Shown: one piece after another, positions 54,691 through 64,000 of the stretch
Layout: each line of letters opens with the position of its first letter
Position numbering within the stretch: position 1 is the stretch's first letter
NCBI GenBank assembly: GCA_964016885.1
Contig: CAXHJY010001750.1
Location: forward strand, 1-64,000
Reading direction: 5' to 3'
Source: Eledone cirrhosa
Taxonomy: Eukaryota
DNA: 64,000 bases
The notes under the pieces: model-generated
The model's input: only the letters and a program-made list of their open reading frames with translations
The model's database searches: none
What the model was told of the DNA's origin: nothing
Made by a program: the position numbers and the translations under genes

Positions 54691-56146
54691 TACTATATTA
54701 CATATATATATATATATATCCACATATACTCATATATATACACAAACCAGTAAAATAACAATACTTAAAAGATCTGTTCACATCAAGGCTACATTTCTGT
54801 AAATATTTTGACATGTCAGAACTATTGATATTGAAATAAGAAATAGAAAGAAAATAAAAAAAAAAATTGCTTTAGTCTTTTTGCAATGTTGTTTATTATT
54901 ATTTTTGTTGATATTTTGTTACTATTTTATTAGTATTATAATTTTGTTGCGTAGTATTATTTGTATTGTTTTTATCGTCTTTATTTTTTTGGTCTGTCTG
55001 TGCTGTGTGCTATTTATATTTCTCACCAATGTCTGGGAGAGGAGGTGATTTGTAAGCTCTCCTAGTGACTCATACACACAGAGGACATCTAATATATGAG
55101 TAGACATGGATTGTGCTTAAGAAATTTGCCTTGTAACCTCCTGTGGTCTTAGGTTCAATTTCACTGCACGGCATCACCTTATCATTATTATCATTATTTT
55201 TATTGCACATCATTACTGCTTTACTGAGCACAGCTCTGTGTGCCTTGGGTATGAGTAGTATAGTTTTTGCTGGTGTTGTTTCTATTGTATTGACAGTACT
55301 TTTCATGTGCAGTGCCTAGTAGTGGTATTTTTTGTATGCTGTATATATTTGGGGGGTCGATTTAATCGATTTTCTCTTCCCCTAAAAAATTGTTGGCCGT
55401 ATACCTAAATCAGAAACCATTACTATTAACACTATTCCAACTCACACCTAGGGCAGTTGATTTGAAGAGTCATTAGAGAGTTAGACAAATACTTAACAGT
55501 ATTTCTTCCAGGGCTGTATATTCTAAGTTCACATCTTACTAAGGTAAACTTTGCCTTTCATCTTCCCAAAGTCGATAAAATAAAATACCAGCAAAGTACT
55601 GGGGGTCGAAATAATCGACTTTCCCATCCCCACATTAAAAATCATTGTTACAGCTCTCATCCATGGTAGAAGTTTCTTGGCAGTATCGGTAGAGCATCGG
55701 ACACCATGCTTCACAGCATAGAGTTACGGCCCTTTGCGTTCTGAGTTCAAATCCTGACGAGGTTAACTTTGCCTTTCATCCTTACGGGGTCGCTCAAAGT
55801 AGAAGCAATTATTACAGCTCATATGTCTAAATTCGAAAACATTATTACAGCTCACATCCATGGTAGACATGTCTGTGGAATACTCAGCCAGTTACACACA
55901 TTAATTTCACTAGCAGGCTGTTCTGTTGATCAAATGACTGGAACACTTGCTATAGTTACTAATATATGATCCCCTCGTTTTGTGGGGTTTTTTTTAATTA
56001 ATCTTATCACTTCACGTCAATTTATAAAGCTAATAAATCTTTATCACAAGGTTTATAAGTTGCCATAGAAAACCAAATTTTTAAAATGTAGACTTAGCAG
56101 GCCTCTTACAATGAAGTTGTCTCTCATATGACTTTTCTCGGATGTT

Positions 56147-56341
56147 GTAACCTTTAGCATTTACATTATTCTATATTTACTATTGTATTTTCACAGTAAA
56201 CTCTTTCTCACCCATAATATTGAATCTACAAGATTTATTTTGAGAAGAATACTTTAATGTAGGTATAAGCAACCAGTTACAGCCGTTTCGGCTCAGAAAG
56301 AGTTGAGAGAGTTCTGGCTGGTCTAAATGCAAAAGGGTTAA
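56147..56341. mobile_element. piggyBac-like MITE
   Basis: gtaacctttagcattt ... aaatgcaaaagggttaa, with the same body as the other copies. Confidence 0.7.
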
Positions 56342-56394
56342 TTATAGAGCCCTCAATCGTATCATGAAAATACCCCTTGTTCAATTGCTGTTGC

Positions 56395-56550
56395 TGCTGG
56401 TACTCATTTCTATTTTTAGTTTTTTTTCTTCAATTAAGTGGACTGGAGAGATATGAAACGAAGCATCTTGTTCAAGAACATAATGCTCCACCCTGTCCAG
56501 GAATCAAACCTTAGGGTCATGAGTCCAACACACTACCCACTAGGCCACAG
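56395..56550 (-). mobile_element. Second tRNA-derived SINE family fragment
   Basis: The reverse complement starts TGGCCTAGTGG (A box) ... GGTTTGATTCC (B box), followed by tgttcttgaacaagatgcttc. Confidence 0.6.
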
Positions 56551-57279
56551 ACCTTGACAAGTCTAAAATTCTCTTGTGAGAGAAATATCCTAAAATTTTC
56601 TCAAGCAACACTGATTATTTGCTTTGAATTGATGTGAGTCCAATACTTTAACCTCTAGGCTACTCACCACCTAGTTTGACCCAAACCAATGAGGGATTTC
56701 ATAGCTGGAGCCTGTATGGAAGTCTGTTGGAGGAATTGTTTGGTTTCGATTGAGTGTGAGTGGGTAGACTTATTCCATTGCTTTGTTGAAGATCCTCAAC
56801 TCAAACATATGGCAATCTTATTAGCAATAACACACCTCATTTAATGTATATATAGGTGCAGTATATATGTATATAGTTGGTGTTAGGAAGGGCATCCAGC
56901 TGTAGAAAACCTGCCAGATACAGTCCTATACGAGTGAGGCACGGTCACCTGATCAATCTTGCCTCACGATAGACGTTAAACAATGATGGTGATCATATAC
57001 ATTCAAAACAGGAGGGTGCACAAGACAAAGACAACTGAAAAACGGACAGTATATATATATATATATATATATATATGTGGCATCTTTACCAAAACACTGC
57101 TACTGTACTCACTATATAACTAGCGTGCACTCTGAACATTGAGATGCAGTCTCACAACCACAAGCTTATTGTCTGTGTGAGTGTATCATGGCCAGAGGTG
57201 ATGAAATAACACCTGTGACTTTTGTAAACTGTGTAAATTACAACCCGCCCGTCCCTTCAATCTATCTTATTTCTCATTC

Positions 57280-57320
57280 TTTCTTCTGATGAAGGACTAG
57301 CATCCGAAACGTTAAAACAC
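57280..57320 (+). ncRNA. Minimal type I hammerhead ribozyme motif (Penelope-like relic)
   Basis: CTGATGA-a-GGA ctagca TCC-GAAAC-GTT(A) with palindromic AACGTT as stem III. Stem I is only weakly paired. Confidence 0.6.
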
Positions 57321-57788
57321 TCTTCCTGCTATATCAAGTGTTAACCTAATATATCCCTTCCATATACTGTACCGATTGTGTTGTTATTTCTGTTTACCTT
57401 TTACATACATATATATATATATATCATCATTGTTTAATGTCTATCTTCCACGCTAGCATATATGTACTTCAATACTGGATGTGGTATTATTTGAGGTTCC
57501 TTTGAAAAGAGTGAAGTGAAGTGATCTTGTGTCCCAAACTTAGCTAATACCAGATAACAGCACCTGAAATGGGCCCCAAGGTTAGCTTTTAGCCTGTGTT
57601 GAGAAAGGAGAGCTGGAACATGAAGCTAGCAACCTCACCTACATTAAAACTGCTACAGAAACAACAAGTAGATATCTAGCCGAGGAGCAGGCCCATGATA
57701 AAGTTTGCAGTCATGCAGAATGGAGATCTGTCATTGCTATGAGCAGCAAAAAGAACTAAAGAAGATAGGTGTAGGCATGACTGCGAGA

Positions 57789-58117
57789 TTAACCCTTTAG
57801 CATTTACATTACTCTATATTTACGCAGGGCGGTGGATTGGCAGTATCGGTAGAGGGTCGGACGCCATGCTTTCCAGCATAGTTACGTCCCTTTACGATCT
57901 GAGTTCAAATCCCGCCGAGGTTGACTTTGCCTTTCATCCTTACGGGGTCGATAAAATAAAGTACCAGTAATGCACTGGGTAATTGCTGGCCTTGTGCCTA
58001 AAGTAGAAACAATTATTCTATATTTACTATTATATTTTCATGGTAAAGGCTTTACTTCACATAATATTGAATCAATGAGATCAGTATGAGCGGCCGGTTT
58101 AAATGCTAAAGGGTTAA
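57789..58117. mobile_element. piggyBac-like MITE interrupted by a SINE
   Basis: Perfect TIRs ttaaccctttagcattta / taaatgctaaagggttaa. Confidence 0.85.
57824..58016 (+). mobile_element. Full-length tRNA-derived SINE with 11-bp TSD
   Basis: A box TGGCAGTATCGG, B box GAGTTCAAATCC, CORE-like ctttgcctttcatcct..ggggtcgataaaat. TSD tctatatttac at 57813-57823 and 58017-58027. Confidence 0.9.
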
Positions 58118-59923
58118 GGAGTTTCAGGTACTTCAGCGCCAAGTGACACCTTGAAGCAAATATCTTCTACCATTGATTTACGTTGACCAATGCCTTACAA
58201 ATGAAATTTGTTAGAATATATATATATATATATATATATATGTCAAGATTTTACCAGTTTAAAAAGTAAGACCATTATTCAGTAAAGTACTCAATACTTG
58301 GGATAGTAGAGTCAGGACCTGAAGGCTGAGCTCTTGCTGTTTTAGCAGCAAATTCCAGACTGAGTCAGGAATTTGCAGTCGAAATGACAAGAGTTAAGCC
58401 GTCTGGCCCTGACTCGCTGCTATTTATTTATATTCATATATGCATCCTAACTAGAAAAGTAACAGTAACTTCGACATTTCATCTTGTTGCTTCATCTGGA
58501 CAGATTTTACTGGTAAAACTAACTGGCAAGAGACTTAGGGGTAAACCCCGAGCAAGATGATTGGATAATATCAATGAGCTTAGCTGTTCATGCTTGGGGA
58601 TCCAGTTGGAGACAGCTGCTTTTGACAGGACCCTCTGGAAGGAGTGTTTGAGGACACTGTTCCCACGACCCTCTCAAGAATAAGTAGGCGAAGAAGAAGC
58701 AGCTTCATCTGGCAGCCAACATGAGCTGAAACCAGTCAAAGAATTAATTGATAGCTATGAAAGATCAAATTATTGAGGTGATTGGTTGAAAAAAAACAGA
58801 AGATATATTTGGACTGTTGATCTTGCCTTTTTTTTATTTTGGAAAAGCCATTTTTAACAAATGAGCTGCAGTTTGTTATCAGATGTTATGTTTGACATGT
58901 AGTATTCTATATGTGTTCGGTCTGGGATTGAAATCACGCAAGAAAGAAGACTCTTATTCAATTTGCCATTCGACCTGTCGAAATGCTTTTCTATTCAAGT
59001 GGTATTTAGCCCTTTTGATACCAACCTGGCTCAAACAAGCTCTGGTTCTATGAAATAAAACTACCTATTTTAAAGGGTTTCCATTTAAATAAAAATCTTC
59101 CAATATAATTTTATAAAAGTACCGTGTGTCGACCCTTTTGACACTAACTTCACTAAAACCATCTCTTGTTCTATATTAAGCTGTTTCTTTTAAAGTGTTT
59201 ATATTTTTCTAAAGACCTTCCATCAAAATTTTGTTTCAAATATCAGCTTAATAATTAATAAGATATATTACTAAATCACTACAAAGTCTTCTTTATTTTC
59301 AAAATTAATTTAAAATTTTAGACCTGACAACCTCTAAATACCTAAACGAGGAGAAATGAAGCAAAATGGGGAGATTTTACATAATAAAAGCTATACCCAT
59401 TTTCACAAGAGAAGACATCTCTCACCCACCCAATGAGGAGAGTTGACAGGTCTGATATTTCAGTTGAAATATCGTATTGGAAGAGTTAATTTTGATTTTG
59501 TTTTGTAACTCTTAATATCCTGCAATGATTTAGCTGAAAATATCTACAAACTCGTTTATTAATTCAAATATTTATAGTATGTTTATAAATGCTTATAGCA
59601 TCGTTGTGAAAATGTCTTAGTATTAATTTTTAACGTGTTGGAGTTATAGTGCTGTTTTGTATTTTCTAGAATATCATGCTAATGTGGTCTTATGTAGTTT
59701 GTTAATTTAAATGTTTATAATATCTTTACTAGTGGGCAGATTGATGTCAACATTTGCTGTAAAAACAATTTTAAATGGGATATAGTCAGAGTATTGTTTC
59801 CTACCTTTCAAAGATGCACTGCTAATACGGTTCCTTCTGGTTTGTTCATTCAAGTGTTTATAGTATATTGACTACTGGACAGATTGTTGTATAAATTTCC
59901 AGTAGAAGTAAAGACTTTAATTA

Positions 59924-60137
59924 TTAACTCTTTAACATTTGCATTACTCTATATTTACTATTGTATTTTCGCAGTAAAGGCTTCATCTCACATAATATTA
60001 AATCTATAAGATTTTTATATTATATATTTTGTGAATAATATCTCAATGTCCATATGAGCAGCCAGTTACGGCTGGTTTGAACAGAAAGGTGAGAGAATTC
60101 TGGCAGGATTTGGCCAGTTGAAATGATAAAGAGTTAA
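59924..60137. mobile_element. piggyBac-like MITE (diverged)
   Basis: ttaactctttaacattt ... aaatgataaagagttaa. Confidence 0.7.
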
Positions 60138-61286
60138 ATGTGATGCAGTTTTGGATTTTTAGAGAATGTTTTTCTAATGTGGTTTCATAGGGTACAGGAT
60201 GTCAAGCAATAAACAAATGTCTGGATTTTATTTAAAATAAAAATTAAAATAAAAAAGAATCTACAAACAGCAGCTAATTTTATGACAACTTTAGTAAAGG
60301 CAGACTGTCACAATAATAATGACAGGTGGGGGGAATGGGAGAACGTTGGTGGTTATTTCTGTGTCTGTAAGAGAAAGGGTTAATTAAGGCGGCTGACAAA
60401 CAGAGTTGTTAGAGTGACAGAGTTGGAGGTGTACTGATAATTTGTTCTGGTTTTCTGTGTTCAAAATCCTACACTGAGGTCCACTTTGCTTGCCTGTTAT
60501 CCTTTTGGGTGACGAGAGTGTGTATCAGGTGGAGTGGTAGTGGTGGTGGTGGGTTATAAAGAAAGTACCAGTCTATCTATCATCAACATTCTTGATTTCA
60601 ATATACTTCAGATATGGAGAGCTAGCTAGCAACAGACATCTTGACCTGCCCAACTAAATGTCGACCCCCAATGCGGACCGCCCCACCCGCAGGCACTAAT
60701 TTCTCTCGGAGTAAGTGAGTGTCTCTGAATCAGCTACACACAGGTGCCGGCTGATTCAATGCAGCCATGCCCCACTGGGGGTTGTGTCCATTAACAACTT
60801 GCCATTGTGGCTTGCCAGAGCAGACTGCTCAACATGTGCTGAGTGAGTGCCAGGATCACTACTGACTAACCTGAGAATGTGGACCTCACACACCCTAATC
60901 CTACTACTGTCAGCTGGTTACAACACCTGGGGGACATCACATAACTGCAGCTGTCTCATATGTAAGAAGAAGATCAAATCCTAGATGTTCTAACAGAGTT
61001 GGCAGAACATCTTATCGACCACAATGTTTGACTGGTACTTTATTTTCTCGACTCCCAGAAGGATGAAAAGCAAAGTTAACGCTGGCAGGATTTGAAATCA
61101 GAATGGAAAAGGTTGTAACTAAAAAGTGCAAGGCATTTTGTCGGACACTCTAACAATTCTGCCATAATAATAACAAAAATAATAGCAGTAACAGTATTAA
61201 TAACAATGTGGGCATGAAAGCAGACATAGCATTGCAAGTAGTGACAAAATTCGACAAAATATATACATATACATACATACATGTAA

Positions 61287-61317
<31 letters not shown>

Positions 61318-61399
61318 CAGGATGTCCCCCAAAAAATTTATACACACTTCAACAGCATTCTAATAAATATGTGCATACATTTTGGGGGGGGACACCCTG

Positions 61400-61442
<43 letters not shown>

Positions 61443-61877
61443 TAGTAAGGGCATCCAGATAGAAACCAAGCCAAAGTACAGATATGTATGAGCAAAACAT
61501 CGCCTGACCTGATTTCTTTCATGTGACAACCTGTCTAACCCATGTAAGCATGGAAAAAATGGACGTTAAATGATGATGATACATATATGTGTGTGTGTAT
61601 CATATACATATATGTGTGTGTGTATCATATACATATATGTGTGTGTGTATCATATACACACATGTCTGTGTGTGTATACACACACACACACACACATATA
61701 TATAGTAATAATAAATGTGAAGACTAAAATCCGAAAAGGGCTCGATAAGGATTATATATATATATATATATAAAATCCATAGAGCAAATGTTTATTATAT
61801 GAACAGATTAAAGTGTAAGCAAAGAATCGCTGCTTTCACTCTTTTAGGGGATCTGAGTTCCAGAATATCCCCTAAAA

Positions 61878-62041
61878 TAGACATGTCACACCTGCGGCCC
61901 ACACAAAGGTTTTTACAGTGCGAGCTTAATATAAAATAAAAAATATCAGTTGTAATGTGCGCAATTAGTTGTCATGTGTGGCCCTCAGACAACACATGTG
62001 ACCCATGTGGCCTTCGAGGGACCCTCAGTTTGACATGCCTG
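61878..62041. mobile_element. hAT-like MITE with near-perfect 8-bp TSD
   Basis: TIRs tagacatgtcacac / gtttgacatgcctg, TSD ccctaaaa / ccctaaag, internal gcggccc / gtggccc motifs. Confidence 0.75.
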
Positions 62042-62086
62042 CCCTAAAGGGTGAAAGCAGCAATTCTTTGCTTAAACTTTAATCTG

Positions 62087-62126
<40 letters not shown>

Positions 62127-62229
62127 CATCATCACGTGATATAGGAGACAAAAACAAGGCACATATATTTCTAAACGAAAAGAAGACTCACATCTCACTT
62201 GATCCACTAATAATGATGATGATGATGAG

Positions 62230-62263
<34 letters not shown>

Positions 62264-62989
62264 AGATATAATGAAATAGCAAAAATGAAATGAAAAAAAA
62301 AACATAAAATAAAATAAATGCTGAATATCAACAGTACAGTGTTTATTATTGTTATTTTTATGTGTATTTCTCTTGCTTATGGTGATTATATATATATATA
62401 TATATATATACATATATATACATGTATATATTTATCTAATATATGTAAGAGAAAATATGTAAAAGTATGGCAGCAAAATTTATTTACACATACACATACA
62501 TGCATGCATACATATATACACATACACTTATACATACATACATACGCACACTCACTCATGCATGCACATACATATTTGAATTGCAGTTCTATAAACACTA
62601 CTTCAAAGCAAAAAAAAAAAATAGTAAAATGATAATAATAAAAATAATAATAAAAAAAATAATAATAAAGCTGAATTTAATAATATCTTTTGTTCCGCTC
62701 ACCCCTCTTCCTCTGAGGTGCTTCTTCAGAAAAAAAGGAAAATAAAAGGGATGAGAAAGGAAGAGGACATATAGAGAGAGATAGGAGAGGATTGAGGGGG
62801 TAGAGAGGATATTTTGTAGTAAGAACCCCGCCAAAACAAAATCTACAACACTTTTTGACTTTCCCTTCAGCAGCATGGATTCTGTTAACATGGAAAATCT
62901 TTATTTTTAACGAACCATTGGAATACTTTTCAAAAACAACTTCAATTTGTAGTTTAACTCAAATCCGTTATTTTTTTAACCTCTTGCCT

Positions 62990-63390
62990 TTATTTTATAT
63001 CAACATTGTGTAGTATTTTCTCTTTTTTAAATCATCTCCATGTAGCATTTTAAAATCCTCTTTAAGTAGTATTTTAAAATCCTTGTGTAGAATTTTAAAA
63101 TCATTTGTGTAGTTTGTGTAGCATTCTTTTTATATCATGTTGTATTTCAAAATCTTTATGTAGGGTTTTAAAATCATCATTTTTTTTTTTTTAAATCATC
63201 ATTATGTTGTATTTTAAAATCATCATTTAAAAAAAAAAATCAGTATGTTGTATTTTAAAATTTATGTAGCATTTTTATATCATCTTTGTGTAGGATTTTT
63301 CTTTTTAAATCAACATTATGTAGCATTTTTTTTTTTTAAATCCTTTTAAAATCATCTTCGCGTAGTGTTTTCTTTTTTATTTTAATCTTT
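62990..63390. repeat. Degenerate ~20-35-bp AT-rich minisatellite
   Basis: Recurrent tgtag(c/t)attttaaaatcatc. Confidence 0.75.
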
Positions 63391-63643
63391 ATTTCTGTGT
63401 ACAACCATCAGAAAGAAATCATACAGATTCCAAGAGGGAATAATATTTTTCTCCATCTTCTTGAAAAAAAAACAATATATCAGAAAATCATACAATTCTG
63501 TCATCAGCATCATAATCCTGTCATCACCATCATTATCATTTACATCACCACCGTCTCACCATCGTCATCACTATCACCATCTTCATCACAAAAGAAACTA
63601 AAAAAAAACATACAGCTCATTATATCAGTGGAACTTATTTTTC

Positions 63644-63675
<32 letters not shown>

Positions 63676-64000
63676 TTGTGTATGTGTGTGTGTATGTATA
63701 TATATGTGTGTGTGTGTGTATATATACACTACACATACACACATATAAATATATGTGTGTGTGTGTGTATATGACCCTGACTCAAATCTTGATCCAACCT
63801 CAACTCCAGGCTCTTATTCATCAGATCTGTTTGTTGCTGTGCTTACACCAATCAAGTGTGGGATGAGGGAAGTGGAGGAGGGGGATGGCAGAAAACAAAC
63901 AAAAACGAAAAAGACGTGACACACACACACTCAACAATAGTTTTATATTGTTTGTTTGGCTTTTGTTTTTTTTTGTAAGAGAGAGAGGTGACTGTTTTAT

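Noticed and set aside
60612-60710. Possible coding exon (cttcag|...|gtaagt)
   Set aside because: Stop codons in all three frames and no partner exons identified.

Overview
Eukaryotic, AT-rich, repeat-dominated DNA; the SINE, RTE and TA-microsatellite content suggests a cephalopod (octopus-like), which is an inference. No host protein-coding gene is recognisable, and almost all listed ORFs are microsatellite artefacts. Layout: (1) 1-10.7 kb, a strand-asymmetric (CT)n/(CCAT)n satellite. (2) 10.7-26.5 kb, about 3.5 near-identical 4,538-bp tandem units; the three complete cassettes each carry a 233-bp palindrome with two CCGGAAGT sites followed by four tRNA-like A/B-box genes with upstream TATA elements. 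(3) 27.6-33.8 kb, a diverged giant palindrome of promoter/first-exon-like units facing each other across a TA/TACA array, plus a third tandem copy. (4) 38.1-49.2 kb, a second palindrome with 1,333-bp near-identical arms, whose TA-satellite spacer holds an intact RTE LINE (1181 aa, three C2H2 fingers) and another LINE 3' end. (5) 49-64 kb, SINEs, piggyBac-like and hAT-like MITEs, LINE fragments, a hammerhead relic and a long hairpin. The most notable signal is a fixed-spacing GATAACTC-N15-GCAAAAA module, often with ETS-like and forkhead-like sites, shared by blocks 2-4 and repeatedly caught in inverted repeats. This hints at a non-coding or double-stranded RNA producing locus (inference).
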